A stretch of 64,000 nucleotides of DNA from Bacteroidota bacterium. GTDB taxonomy: Bacteria; Bacteroidota; Bacteroidia; UBA8524. The notes under the pieces were generated by a model, which did no database searches, was not told the DNA's origin, and was given only the letters and a program-made list of their open reading frames with translations. The position numbers and the translations under genes are program-made. This document shows positions 37,666 through 48,389 of this stretch, in pieces. Location: assembly GCA_008933805.1 (NCBI GenBank), contig WBUH01000005.1, positions 128,822 through 192,821 on the forward strand, read 5' to 3'. Position 1 is the stretch's first letter. Each line of letters starts with the position of its first letter.

Positions 37666-40095
37666 CTATACTACTACCGACTGGTCTTCTATCACTTTTA
37701 CTTTTTGTTGGGCACTACGGATATCAGCCTCAGTTACAAACACCTTCAAAGGTTCAGGGCTGTGCTGGCGGGCAATAATTTGGGTACTACCGATTTGTGG
37801 CGCACTGATTTGGGGTGCTGAAACCGAAGGTGCTGAAGGTGCTCCTCCCCCGCCACCAATACTTCCTCCACTTGACAATACCTTATGAGCTTGTGCCACT
37901 GCTGAGGCTATTTGGGCGGATATGGCCGCAAATTTTGCAATACCGGCAATACCCCCTGTAGCAACGTTATCAGGTGTCGGCGCATTAGTATTGGAAATGG
38001 CACTACTTATCGCCTTTGCGGAATCAATGCCGATTTTTACTAAGGTTATTGCCTTCTCAATATCGTTTTGAGTCTTGGCATTCTTAATCAGGTTTTTATT
38101 AACGGTATCAATTACATCCAATCCATCTTTAGCAGCCTTTTCTGCAAACTCCCACTTCGCCTTGGTAATTGCTTTCTCGCGTTCAATTTGGGCAAGAAGT
38201 CGGGCATTCTTTTCTTCTTCAATAGCAGTGTCTAGTTCATTCTCTGCCTCCTGTTGTTGAACTTTTAATGATGCCTCATCTTCGATTTTCTGAGCCCGTA
38301 ATGCTTTTTCAATGGCATCGTACTCTTCAACGCTCAGTTGGTTATTGGTTTTCTTTTCCAACTCGGCAGCAAGCAGCTCATCATAATGCGTTTGTAAATC
38401 TGCCTTTTGCTGTGCGTAGAAATCCTGAGTAAGGCTTTGCTTACGTCTAAGAGCTTCCTCCTCAGTAATCTCCTTATCTTTCAAACTCTTCTCCAGCAGC
38501 TTAAACTCGTTCTCAAGGCTTTTCCGTTTATTTTCCTCGTTACGTTTTACCCACTTCTCATTTGCCTCTAAAACCGCCTTCTGTCTTTCTTCTCGCTCCT
38601 TTTGCTCTTTTGCATCCCACTCTTTGTTAATGTCATTTACCCGCTTTTCATGCAGTTTTTTCAACTCTTCAAGAGCGTTAGTATTGTCCTTGTAGCGTTC
38701 CTTTTCCCCAGCATATTTCAACTCTTCCTCTGCCAACTCTTTCTTCCTGCCTTCCTCCATATTAGCTAATCGGAGTTGCTCATAATCCTGCTCTTGCTTT
38801 GCCTTGCTTTTGGCTGATTCTATGTCAATATTTTTTAAGCTGAGTTCAAATCCAGCCTTTTGGTTTTCAAACTCCAGTAGCTTTTCCTTAGACGCATCTA
38901 TAGCCTCTTGACCCTTTTTCTCTACTTCTTCTGGATTAAAAAACTGTGAAGCAGCAAAATCCGCTAGTTTCTCACGCAAGTTTAACTCTTTGTCAAACAA
39001 ACTCGCTATCTTATCAACAGCAGCCAACACAGGTGATAAGCCTATCAAAACAAACTCCAATACACTTTTTAAGATTCTTTTATTTCGTGTTTCTGCTTCA
39101 ATTTGAGCCGCTAATACCTTTTCTTGGTTTTCAATGTCTGCTTTACCTGTACTAATTACAACCCCTAATTGCTCTATCTTAGTTTTAAGTATAGCCCGCT
39201 CACTTTTCCCTTTTTGTCTTTCAATATTCTCTTGACCTTCAAGGCTAGTAAAGGTTTTCTGAGCATTATCATACAGCTTTGTGCCGGTTTTTAAATTCTC
39301 TTTTTGCTCTGAACTAACTCCGCTTATAGAATTTTTAATCTTGTCCCAATAAGAAGCTAAAGTGGCTACTGCTGTAATAATAATCCCAATAACATTTGCC
39401 GACATCACTTTATTAAGCACCTTAAAGCTACCCGTAGCGCCTACCAATGAACCTGAAAGTTTTTGATTAGCATCGCTTCCCTTTTGAGAAGAACTTACCG
39501 ACTCTTTATGTAAAGCATTTGATAGCTTCTGAATAGAGTTTTGTATGGCTTGAATTTTTGATAAATTACCAATAATTTGTGAAAGTCGACCTGTTTCCAA
39601 ACTAAACAATTCTGCGGCAGCTTTGGCACCTTCAAATCCAGTCTTAACATTTTCGCCAACATATATCATTTTGTCAACATTGGGTGTCAATGAACCAAGT
39701 TCATTTATTAACTTATTAGTTTGAGCAATCTTCCTATTGTACTCTCCAACTTTAATAGCTGCTTTGTTAAATTCTTCGGAACCAATCTCTTGATTTTTCA
39801 AAACAACATTTAAATCTTCAATAGAATAGTTCAGGTCAGCTAAACTGCCACTAAGCAAAATAATATCCTTTACTGATTTAGCAGACTTTTCAACATCTAC
39901 TAATGCTCTCTCGTAAAGCATAATTTTGTCATTGGCAGTGCTAATGCTTTTACCTAAACTCAAAAAAGCTTCTGAACCAATATCAGCTTTACTAACTTGT
40001 TCTTTCAATAAATCCAGCCAAATTTTCAAATCCCTTAGATTTGATTCTGCTAATTCAGTATTTATATCGAAATTAAACTTAAAATCCTTTTCCAT
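37666..40095 (-). CDS. Long coiled-coil protein of 809 aa, putative tape-measure-like protein
   Basis: Almost entirely heptad-rich helix, with one hydrophobic segment (VIGIIITAVATLASYW) and a Gly/Ala/Ser-rich C-terminus. It is the last gene of a three-gene operon. Tentative. Confidence 0.35.
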   Translation of the reverse strand: MEKDFKFNFDINTELAESNLRDLKIWLDLLKEQVSKADIGSEAFLSLGKSISTANDKIMLYERALVDVEKSAKSVKDIILLSGSLADLNYSIEDLNVVLKNQEIGSEEFNKAAIKVGEYNRKIAQTNKLINELGSLTPNVDKMIYVGENVKTGFEGAKAAAELFSLETGRLSQIIGNLSKIQAIQNSIQKLSNALHKESVSSSQKGSDANQKLSGSLVGATGSFKVLNKVMSANVIGIIITAVATLASYWDKIKNSISGVSSEQKENLKTGTKLYDNAQKTFTSLEGQENIERQKGKSERAILKTKIEQLGVVISTGKADIENQEKVLAAQIEAETRNKRILKSVLEFVLIGLSPVLAAVDKIASLFDKELNLREKLADFAASQFFNPEEVEKKGQEAIDASKEKLLEFENQKAGFELSLKNIDIESAKSKAKQEQDYEQLRLANMEEGRKKELAEEELKYAGEKERYKDNTNALEELKKLHEKRVNDINKEWDAKEQKEREERQKAVLEANEKWVKRNEENKRKSLENEFKLLEKSLKDKEITEEEALRRKQSLTQDFYAQQKADLQTHYDELLAAELEKKTNNQLSVEEYDAIEKALRAQKIEDEASLKVQQQEAENELDTAIEEEKNARLLAQIEREKAITKAKWEFAEKAAKDGLDVIDTVNKNLIKNAKTQNDIEKAITLVKIGIDSAKAISSAISNTNAPTPDNVATGGIAGIAKFAAISAQIASAVAQAHKVLSSGGSIGGGGGAPSAPSVSAPQISAPQIGSTQIIARQHSPEPLKVFVTEADIRSAQQKVKVIEDQSVVV

Positions 40096-40113
40096 AAAAC
40101 AATGCTTTATTAA

Positions 40114-43053
40114 TTAATTTAATTTAAACCACTTTTCCCCGTTGCTCACTATTACAACTTTATCGTACTGTGAAGTCAGGCTGTATGATGCAGCCCCATT
40201 GATAAGCTCGCTTTCAAACCCATCGATATAAATAATATCACTTGAACTGTCGGTTTTTATAATTTCAAATATTTTACCGTTACGGTTTTGAGCTGTGGGT
40301 AAATTCACGGTAATCTCTCCATCGGTTGCATCACAAAACAACGTTCGGACAGCATCCGTAAGCGTGTAGGGAGAATCATCGTTCACGATAGAAACAGCAT
40401 CCCCCATCAACGCGGTAAAATACTTTTGGTTATTGATGTACAATACCCCGGGCTCAGTAACGGTGATGCCGCTACTGTTAATCAGTGTTACGTCTTGCAG
40501 CCCTGCCGAAATAAAATTACCCCCGCCGCCAAGCACTGTTATTCGCTCACTGCCGCTTAATACATTGTTATTAGTACCTGTAAGTAGCACCGAAGCAGAG
40601 GTGGTATCAATGGTATTAAACCAACCGGTAACTACCCGTGGTCCGTTATCAGGAGTGCCGGCAGGTGCAGCAGTGCCGCCTATTGTAGGTATTGTGTAGG
40701 TAGTTTCATTGGTTCCGAAAGTACCGCGCCCGCCATTAACCCTTGTACGGTTTTGCAATGGAGCATCAAACTCAAGTACTTTAATAAACTGGCACTTGGT
40801 AACTTTATTAAAAACAGGGTCGTAATTCTCAACTTTTAATAATCGGTAATACGCATCTTTAATAAAATAATATTTACGAAAGGACAGACTGTTAATATCA
40901 GCGGGTGTAAGATAAAACCAGCCTTCCACCAGTTTACTGTTAACGTCGGTTATCTCCTTAATTTGTGCATACCAATACCTTGTGTATAGGTTTTGGTTAG
41001 TGTATTCAAACAAGCGTTCTGATGTAGATTGATAATACACTTCAAACGGCGGGGCAAAACTCAGGTCAAATGTGCTTGAGTAGGGGTCGTCCAAATGACC
41101 GCTGTAAGGGTATTCATCAAATGGATAAGGACTAAAACCTGATGCATCAAATTGCCAACGTTCACACTCCTTTAACCCTCCGTAATACAGCAGGCGTATT
41201 TTACTTGCTTTTGAGGTAACAGGGGTTTTGTTGTCAGAAAAAGCTATGTAAGGCAAAACCCTTGAGTTAGGGTCGTTCAGCTCCTTAAACAAAGGTGTTG
41301 GGGCAAAAATTATCTCTATTTTTTTGGTGCTTTTTACAAAATCATTGTCAATTTTCAGCTTGTAGTCGCCATACGTGCGGTCAAAATTATTTTTATAGGT
41401 TTTATTCAATAAATCCCCGTCATCAGCATATTTAAAATAATATTGCCCTGCATCTAATGCCGACATCGGACTAATTGTGAACTCCTTACTTATATCCAAT
41501 TTATCGGTCCAGTCAGTAGACTGTCCGGTATAATAATCTGCCCTTGGTTCAATAATTAAATCCTTTTCTTTATCAGCGTTAGGTTCGGTATATAAATTAA
41601 AAGCCTTAATGATAGAGCCTAAAAAGTCACGTTGCTTAATCCCTGTCGGGATGCAAGAGTTAAGCGAAACTTCCTCCCCTTCGCTTACCTTAGCACTTGA
41701 TACTCCATTGGCAAAAAAAGTATTAGAAGTGGCTGCTGTAATTAGCTTATAACCGGGTCGTTTCTCTGATAAATATTTATATCCGTTATTAAGTACCAAA
41801 TAATCCAGCCGTATCGGGGCAACAAAAATTTGTTCGCCTTCTTTAATAGTTACCTCGTTTGATTGTAAAACCGCCGTTTTTTGGATACTGGTGATATTAT
41901 GACCCACCGATACAGGGTGTGTTTGTGGTGCAAAATATACGTTTGAGTTTACTGAACATAAGTGTTTATCAACTCCGGATACCCTGTGAACAATACTTAA
42001 AACAATATTAAAGTCGTTGTAATTATAATTATAGGTGGTAAAAGAGGTATTACGCACCTTACAATCAACGCTGGCTTTAAACTTATATTTACCTGTTTTA
42101 TTGCATGTAAATATTCCCGTAGTATTATCGTATTGAAATGAATTATCAAAATAGGGACTGCCGCTGTCGATATCAAAAATTATCGGCGAAACTCCCGAAA
42201 AAGAACCCGGGTCAGGAAGGAAATCAGTAGTTAATTCTGCTGAAAGTCCTGCGTAAAACAATCGGCTTTCAACTTCATCTTTGCTTAATAAAAACTGCTC
42301 GCTATTAAACGGTACAATCAGCCGCTTAAAAAATTCAGAATTAAAAAAATTACTGGTATAGGTAAATCCCGCCTTTTCAAAAATCTTATCAAGGTATTGT
42401 TTCACGTATATGGCAGGCCTAAACTGCTCAACACCCCAATGATCTTCGGCTGTGCCGGGGGTATATCGTTTTTGGTAGCCGTAATCAACCATCGGATACA
42501 CATATCCTTTACCCAACGCAAACGGAACTGTTACACCATCCTCATAAATTTGGGTTTCCCAAGAGTCAGCAATATTTCCACGGCTATAAATGTGGTCAAA
42601 CTCACTCATGTCAAGGTCGGTCAATTCACCTTTTACCACATTGCCCAAACTGTCTTTTTGATTATCAATGCTGGCAAACAAATTGCCTACCTCACCGTAA
42701 CAAACAATTTTATATTCAATCTTATTACCCTGCTCCACCACAATGTCCTTCAACTGGCAATAGCCTTTTAATTGGGTCAGGCTGTCAATAAAAATAATAA
42801 CGGGGGCTTTTTTATTGGGGTTAAAGTGTTTCACTGCCTGTCCCGTGTCAGGCTCACTTAAATCCACATTCACATCAAAAAGGTACCCGAACAACAGATC
42901 ATTGTTTGTGCTGCCGGGTATTTCAATCGTAAGAGTACGGTCGGTTTTTCGTTGCTCAGGGTTTTGTATGTCCACCAACTGCTTGGTAATATTCAAACTC
43001 ACCTCTTTCAGCAAATCAATCTGTGTACTATTAATAACTATTTGTGTTCTCAT
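40114..43053 (-). CDS. Large beta-rich protein of 979 aa, putative phage tail / host-specificity (Tal/fibre)-like protein
   Basis: No signal peptide. Overlaps the upstream gene by 4 nt. The call rests on size and position only. Confidence 0.3.
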   Translation of the reverse strand: MRTQIVINSTQIDLLKEVSLNITKQLVDIQNPEQRKTDRTLTIEIPGSTNNDLLFGYLFDVNVDLSEPDTGQAVKHFNPNKKAPVIIFIDSLTQLKGYCQLKDIVVEQGNKIEYKIVCYGEVGNLFASIDNQKDSLGNVVKGELTDLDMSEFDHIYSRGNIADSWETQIYEDGVTVPFALGKGYVYPMVDYGYQKRYTPGTAEDHWGVEQFRPAIYVKQYLDKIFEKAGFTYTSNFFNSEFFKRLIVPFNSEQFLLSKDEVESRLFYAGLSAELTTDFLPDPGSFSGVSPIIFDIDSGSPYFDNSFQYDNTTGIFTCNKTGKYKFKASVDCKVRNTSFTTYNYNYNDFNIVLSIVHRVSGVDKHLCSVNSNVYFAPQTHPVSVGHNITSIQKTAVLQSNEVTIKEGEQIFVAPIRLDYLVLNNGYKYLSEKRPGYKLITAATSNTFFANGVSSAKVSEGEEVSLNSCIPTGIKQRDFLGSIIKAFNLYTEPNADKEKDLIIEPRADYYTGQSTDWTDKLDISKEFTISPMSALDAGQYYFKYADDGDLLNKTYKNNFDRTYGDYKLKIDNDFVKSTKKIEIIFAPTPLFKELNDPNSRVLPYIAFSDNKTPVTSKASKIRLLYYGGLKECERWQFDASGFSPYPFDEYPYSGHLDDPYSSTFDLSFAPPFEVYYQSTSERLFEYTNQNLYTRYWYAQIKEITDVNSKLVEGWFYLTPADINSLSFRKYYFIKDAYYRLLKVENYDPVFNKVTKCQFIKVLEFDAPLQNRTRVNGGRGTFGTNETTYTIPTIGGTAAPAGTPDNGPRVVTGWFNTIDTTSASVLLTGTNNNVLSGSERITVLGGGGNFISAGLQDVTLINSSGITVTEPGVLYINNQKYFTALMGDAVSIVNDDSPYTLTDAVRTLFCDATDGEITVNLPTAQNRNGKIFEIIKTDSSSDIIYIDGFESELINGAASYSLTSQYDKVVIVSNGEKWFKLN

Positions 43054-44255
43054 AAACGTTGGCGGTAATTAGGTTGTGCTAATTGAATAGTAAGATTTAG
43101 GCTAAACAGCTTTTTGTTGGCATACTTTTTTACCTCGTAACTATCTTCAGTTATAGTTACTGCAACCGTTTTCTTTGGGTCTGACGGATCAATTTGCCAA
43201 TACACGGCCGGACTACCTGCCAGCTCTTGCAGCCAAACACTTTCTTCCTCCGTTATCCAGCCTGTATTTATTGAGTATTGCTCCGTTTCAACAGTATCAA
43301 AGTTTACTGTACCCCGTGCATACGAGTTATTTGTCCAAGCCATCGTATCCAAATCTGTATAGCCTGTAAACTTTTGGTAACCGCTGCGCTTAAACTGTGT
43401 AGTTTGCTTATGGCTGCCCGTAAACGTATAGCTGTCAAACCGTCCTAAACGGTTCAGAAAGTGCAACCTGAATAACTGATGGCGACCACAATCCCTATCT
43501 ACCACAAACGTGAAAGTCTCGCTAACTGGGCTGTTATCGCTTGCTAAAAAAACCACCGTGTAGCGTACCACCTCACTGGTAATGATACTGCCGCCCAAAT
43601 TGTATGGGCCGCACATAAAATCAAGCGAGTAGCTGATGCCTTGGTCGCTGCCTGAATACAACGTATGAGTAACTGTATAGGCATTAATCACTCCGCCCGC
43701 TGCATTGTATGTAGTTACCAACGCTTTAGACACCTGTTTACCAATAGAGATATGGCTCAGCGATGCGGCCTCATCCTCCCTTATTTTTAATGTGCGAGGC
43801 GAGTTTGTAAGCAGTCTCCTTTGTGTACCGCTTAACAAATCATAGTCGGTATAATCAAAGTCAATCCAATCAAGGTATTTCAACGCTGCATTAAATGCGT
43901 ACCCCGAAGCCGAAACCATACCGCTGGCAATAGGAAGGTTGTTTATTTCTTCGGTAAACTCAACCTTATAATCAGCCATTGTACCCCTTGCCACCTTAAA
44001 TCCTGTTGCACCTTTAGCAAGATTTTCAATTACAGGATTGTAGCGGGGTTCAAGCATACGGTGCACATCCGCTTGTATGTAGTTACCGTGCGGCCACTTA
44101 TCATATTTAAGTGTTTTTTTCAGCGTGCCTGCATGGTACACCTTAACTACCATTTTAAAATATTGGGTGGCCGCCAACGTGCTGCCCACAATAAACATCA
44201 TATCATTGTACACAGGGGTGAGTGCCTGCGGACGGTTGTGAAGTGTAATTGCCAT
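43050..44255 (-). CDS. Hypothetical protein of 401 aa, first gene of the tail-like operon (possibly a distal tail / baseplate-like protein)
   Basis: ORF is confident. The function is tentative. Confidence 0.3.
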   Translation of the reverse strand: MAITLHNRPQALTPVYNDMMFIVGSTLAATQYFKMVVKVYHAGTLKKTLKYDKWPHGNYIQADVHRMLEPRYNPVIENLAKGATGFKVARGTMADYKVEFTEEINNLPIASGMVSASGYAFNAALKYLDWIDFDYTDYDLLSGTQRRLLTNSPRTLKIREDEAASLSHISIGKQVSKALVTTYNAAGGVINAYTVTHTLYSGSDQGISYSLDFMCGPYNLGGSIITSEVVRYTVVFLASDNSPVSETFTFVVDRDCGRHQLFRLHFLNRLGRFDSYTFTGSHKQTTQFKRSGYQKFTGYTDLDTMAWTNNSYARGTVNFDTVETEQYSINTGWITEEESVWLQELAGSPAVYWQIDPSDPKKTVAVTITEDSYEVKKYANKKLFSLNLTIQLAQPNYRQRL

Positions 44256-44302
44256 AAAATTTTTTCTTTTTAGTTTGATTTGAAAAAATTTGTTCGCGGC
44301 GA

Positions 44303-44842
44303 GTGACTCAAAGACTATATATTATACTTATGAAATTCTGGCCTCAAAAAAAGTTTGTTATAGAAAGTGAATTATCTACTGGTGAGATAAAAGAGCGATT
44401 AAGAAAAGTAACTCATGAAGTAAAACCACAACGGATATTCCCCCGCAGGATCTTTAAAAAAACAACAGAGAATTTTGAAGGTGAAATTGAGTATGACCGA
44501 TTCGTAATAACGCCGGTGTATTATATCATCAATGGTTTTTTCGACCATAGCGACAGAGGTTACATTGTTCTCGAAGGCGAAATCAAGGCTTCAACCGATG
44601 GTAGCATAATAAACGTAACCACACAATTCAGTTACGGCATAAAACTATTTCTGCGAATAATGTACATATTAGTGGCTTTTATATTGGTTGCTTCACAATG
44701 GGCAGACCAAAAAAACGGTGCAAAAACATCCTTGCAAATGCTTGGTACAATATTGGGTATCATTCCATCGCTCGGTTTGTTTTTTATGCTGCTACGCCTT
44801 ACAAAAAAGAGTAAAGCTGCTTTTACCATGCTCTTTAAATAA
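44303..44842 (+). CDS. Hypothetical membrane protein
   Basis: Two C-terminal transmembrane helices. Divergent from the tail-like operon. Confidence 0.4.
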   Translation: MTQRLYIILMKFWPQKKFVIESELSTGEIKERLRKVTHEVKPQRIFPRRIFKKTTENFEGEIEYDRFVITPVYYIINGFFDHSDRGYIVLEGEIKASTDGSIINVTTQFSYGIKLFLRIMYILVAFILVASQWADQKNGAKTSLQMLGTILGIIPSLGLFFMLLRLTKKSKAAFTMLFK

Positions 44843-44948
44843 ATTCCTCATAGATAACAGCCTAGCCTCTCTTTTCACTTATCTAATTAATAGAAAAGAT
44901 TCCATCCCCTTTGCAGAAACAATCCCCGCTGTTTCCAATTAACAGCCG

Positions 44949-45599
44949 ATGAACATAGCAAAAAATTGGAACCAGATTTCTATAGGGCAGTTTCAGCAAA
45001 TAAATGCCGCCATTAAAAACTACCCTGATAATGCCATCACCCAAGCGGTTTGGATACTTAGCGCACTCACCGAAAATACCCGAGATGAGTTGCTTGCCCT
45101 TGATTTTACAAAAGATTTTAAACCCCTGATGCGTCAACTGGATTGGATACACAGTACCGCCCTACCCACCCAATTACCCAAACAGTTTGAATTGGAAGGC
45201 GAAAACTACCAATTGGTGTATGATATGAAACAGCGTACCACCGGACAGTTTGTCGATTTGGCTCATTTCACAGCCGACCCTGAGCAAATCATTCCCAACC
45301 TGCATTTCATACTTGCAGTGCTGTGCATACCTGTAGGTCAAAAGAACCATGCCGATGGCTTTGAACAACGGGCAAAGCTGTTTCAGCAAAAGCTAAGCAT
45401 AGCCATCGCATACCCAATTGCCACTTTTTTTTTGAAGCTTTGGGTCGACTCGTTGCCGCATATCCTAACTTATTTGGAACAACAAGCCGCCCCGAAGAAG
45501 AAGTGGTGGATGAAGATAATTGGTTCACTGCGCGCTACGGGTGGCTGGCTACGATTGATTCGGTTGCGGAAAACCGCACCCAATGGGACTTCTACCTGA
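44949..45599 (+). CDS. Hypothetical protein of 216 aa
   Basis: ORF only. Confidence 0.4.
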   Translation: MNIAKNWNQISIGQFQQINAAIKNYPDNAITQAVWILSALTENTRDELLALDFTKDFKPLMRQLDWIHSTALPTQLPKQFELEGENYQLVYDMKQRTTGQFVDLAHFTADPEQIIPNLHFILAVLCIPVGQKNHADGFEQRAKLFQQKLSIAIAYPIATFFLKLWVDSLPHILTYLEQQAAPKKKWWMKIIGSLRATGGWLRLIRLRKTAPNGTST

Positions 45600-45674
45600 T
45601 GATGCCCATTGTTGAGTTCTTAAACTACCTATGCTTTTTAAAAGACAAAAACGAATACCAAAGCACCCAAAAGC

Positions 45675-46226
45675 ATGAGCAATATTAATCAGCTACTTCG
45701 CCAAGCGTTTGAAGAGTTTGCAACCACTATTGAAACCGAGGCTCATAAAATATTGGCCGACGAGGGATTAGAAAAGGTGATACCCCAAACTGAAATCACC
45801 GATACTGCATTTGGAGTGAGTTATGAGTTTAGCCTTAGCGGACTTAACCCTTACATTGAATATGGCGTGAAAGGGGTTTTTTATACCCGCAAAGGGGCTG
45901 AAAACAGCCCCTTTCAATACAAACATTTAGGGCCATCGGAAAAAATGATTGACAATATCTTCTCATGGACATTGAAGAAAGGAATATTCGCCAAGCCTAA
46001 GAAGGCATCCCTTAAAAACAAACAGCCGAAAGAAGAAACAAGTAAAACAATTTACGACCGACAAATTGCATTAACGTTTGCCATAGCCCGAAATGTAAAA
46101 AAGCGGGGAATAGCACCCAAAGGGGTATTAACACAATTATTTACCGAAGAACGATTAAAAGAATTGTCTGAAAAAGTATCTGATATTGTCTGCAGAGAAA
46201 TTACCATCCAAGTAGCAAAACTGTAA
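45675..46226 (+). CDS. Hypothetical protein of 183 aa
   Basis: ORF only. Confidence 0.4.
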   Translation: MSNINQLLRQAFEEFATTIETEAHKILADEGLEKVIPQTEITDTAFGVSYEFSLSGLNPYIEYGVKGVFYTRKGAENSPFQYKHLGPSEKMIDNIFSWTLKKGIFAKPKKASLKNKQPKEETSKTIYDRQIALTFAIARNVKKRGIAPKGVLTQLFTEERLKELSEKVSDIVCREITIQVAKL

Positions 46227-46316
46227 CTTTTGCATTTTCTGCAAAACATAATACTTGCAGTGGCAAATTTTACCAATTAATGTCGTCCACCGCTCCATAG
46301 TTTTGAAATACAAACT

Positions 46317-47147
46317 ATGAAAACCATTTACTTATTGATTGGGGCGGCCGTCTTTGCCTCTTGCTCACCTACTTCGCACGTACCAACAATGCCAAGCGAA
46401 CCTAATTTTACAGGCGCATTGCAGGCACAAGCAACAGGCGGGGTAGCTACAGACCACATTGAATTACAAGGTGCTGTCTCTGTTCTACCCTTTTTAGGTG
46501 TTACTTACGATTATTATTGGGGTACAAAAGGTATAAACCAACAGGAATATGGAGCTAATTTATTTTTCCCGGTAAACAACCAAAAAACGTGGTTTATTTC
46601 TTTTTCGGCAGGAAAGGGGAATGGTATTTTTAATGGGGATTACAAAACAAGCAGTGCATTAGTAGGTGCAGAAAAAAGTTATGCAATTGATACAAAATTC
46701 AATTCTGAATATCTCCAAGCATCCACTTATTATGTCGATAAAAGCAATACTGATGTAATAGTAAAATACTCAATAGCTTTTAAACAGGAAAACATTAGTT
46801 ATGATAGATTTAAGGTTGCTTATCGTAGTAGGTCCGGTCAAAGCTATTACACCTACAACATTCTCAGCGAAGCCGAAAACGCCCGAACAACAATAAAAAC
46901 TGCCTTCATCGGAGTAACAGTAGAGCCAAAAAAGAGGCCGCTTATCATGCAATTTCAATTAGGTGTAAGGGACGTTACACGAGGATTTAAAACCACAATC
47001 ACAGCGATGAGTGGAGGCACAAGTATTAAATCTGGTATTGATATTCTTAACGCACAACTACACCCGCTTTTCGAACCCTTTATGTTCAATATGACCGTTG
47101 GTTTTAAGCTTGATTATTTCAAACACCGTACTAAAAAGAGAATATGA
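46317..47147 (+). CDS. Lipoprotein, member 3 of the paralogous family
   Basis: Lipobox FASCSP. Shares the ATDHIELQGAVS block with the next gene, whose version is SPTHIEFQGSCAI. Confidence 0.5.
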   Translation: MKTIYLLIGAAVFASCSPTSHVPTMPSEPNFTGALQAQATGGVATDHIELQGAVSVLPFLGVTYDYYWGTKGINQQEYGANLFFPVNNQKTWFISFSAGKGNGIFNGDYKTSSALVGAEKSYAIDTKFNSEYLQASTYYVDKSNTDVIVKYSIAFKQENISYDRFKVAYRSRSGQSYYTYNILSEAENARTTIKTAFIGVTVEPKKRPLIMQFQLGVRDVTRGFKTTITAMSGGTSIKSGIDILNAQLHPLFEPFMFNMTVGFKLDYFKHRTKKRI

Positions 47148-47923
47148 AACCTATTTACCTGATTTTAATTAGCCTACTTATTACCTCGTGCGGAATTAAG
47201 AGAAATACTTTCATCGCCCTTTTGCCCAATAACCCGATGTTTACTGAAAAGGGCGACGTTACTTTCAATTCAGCAGCATCGCCCACGCATATAGAGTTTC
47301 AAGGCAGTTGTGCAATCACCAACCATTTAGATATCACCGTAGGGCGGTTTTATGGCGGCAGTCCCCGAAAAAGCGATGAAATAGGAATTAATGCTTACTC
47401 CAGAGTTTATAAATCCCTGTACTTTTCAACGGGATTCGGCTGGGGGAAAACCGCAATTAATAATAAACATGAAAGTGCTTTTATAAGCAATGAAAACATT
47501 AACGTTAGAGTAAATTACAACACACTCTTTGTACAACCTTCACTATACTTAGTACTACAGGATGAGGACATGGATGCCGCAACACGGGTTGGCATCTCGT
47601 TCAAATACGGAATAAACACCCTAAATGATTATTATTACTACACTTTTGAAAACGAATGGCACTCAAGCCGATTGAGTGAAGAAACTATTATTACTGCCGA
47701 TAGGCAACGGTTTTTCAGTGTCAGCCCATTGCTGTCGGTAGAAAGGAGTATCGGCAATTTCACCGTTGGCATACACACAGGTCTTGCGCTAACTTCATCA
47801 TTCAAGGCAAGGTATCAATACCATACGCCAAACTCGTCGTGGAACAATCGCGACTATTTTATACAAGAAGACTTATACTACATGCCTTTTGTTTTTAGTG
47901 GTTTTATCGGCATCCGCTTATAA
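47144..47923 (+). CDS. Lipoprotein, member 4 of the paralogous family (tandem duplicate; overlaps the previous gene by 4 nt)
   Basis: Lipobox ITSCGI. Same architecture as member 3. Confidence 0.5.
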   Translation: MKPIYLILISLLITSCGIKRNTFIALLPNNPMFTEKGDVTFNSAASPTHIEFQGSCAITNHLDITVGRFYGGSPRKSDEIGINAYSRVYKSLYFSTGFGWGKTAINNKHESAFISNENINVRVNYNTLFVQPSLYLVLQDEDMDAATRVGISFKYGINTLNDYYYYTFENEWHSSRLSEETIITADRQRFFSVSPLLSVERSIGNFTVGIHTGLALTSSFKARYQYHTPNSSWNNRDYFIQEDLYYMPFVFSGFIGIRL

Positions 47924-47959
47924 AACAAAAACCCCTCACCCGTATTGCAGGATGAGGGG
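47922..47959 (-). terminator. Rho-independent terminator of the isc operon
   Basis: CCCCTCA-loop-TGAGGGG hairpin, followed on the minus strand by TTTTTGTTTT. Confidence 0.6.
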
Positions 47960-47982
47960 AAATATTAAAAAAAAGAAAAAAT

Positions 47983-48309
47983 CTAGACGGCAAAGCTTTC
48001 GCCACAACCGCAAGTGCGGGTAGCATTGGGGTTGATGAAGTTAAAACCTTTACCATTCAGCCCGTCGCTAAAATCAAGCTCGGTACCGATTAAATAAAGG
48101 AAACTCTTCACATCCACCACCACTTTTACGCCATTATCTTCAAAGGCTTGGTCGCCATCTTTCAATTCGTTATCAAAATCAAGCTTGTACGATAAGCCTG
48201 AACAGCCTCCGCCAGCCACCGATACACGCAAAAAGTATTCGCTGGGAAGGTTTGCTTCGCTGCGCAGAGCATACACACGCTCTTGTGCTTTTGGTGTTAC
48301 TGTTATCAT
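47983..48309 (-). CDS. iscA: Fe-S cluster insertion protein, IscA/HesB/ErpA family (A-type carrier)
   Basis: Family signature GGGCSG ... CGCGESF at the C-terminus. Confidence 0.75.
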   Translation of the reverse strand: MITVTPKAQERVYALRSEANLPSEYFLRVSVAGGGCSGLSYKLDFDNELKDGDQAFEDNGVKVVVDVKSFLYLIGTELDFSDGLNGKGFNFINPNATRTCGCGESFAV

Positions 48310-48389
48310 TTTCTTAGTCTTCTGTTTTAAGTTTACAGTTTTAAGTTATTATGCTGCTTACCCGATAACGGATAACCGATATAACCAAC

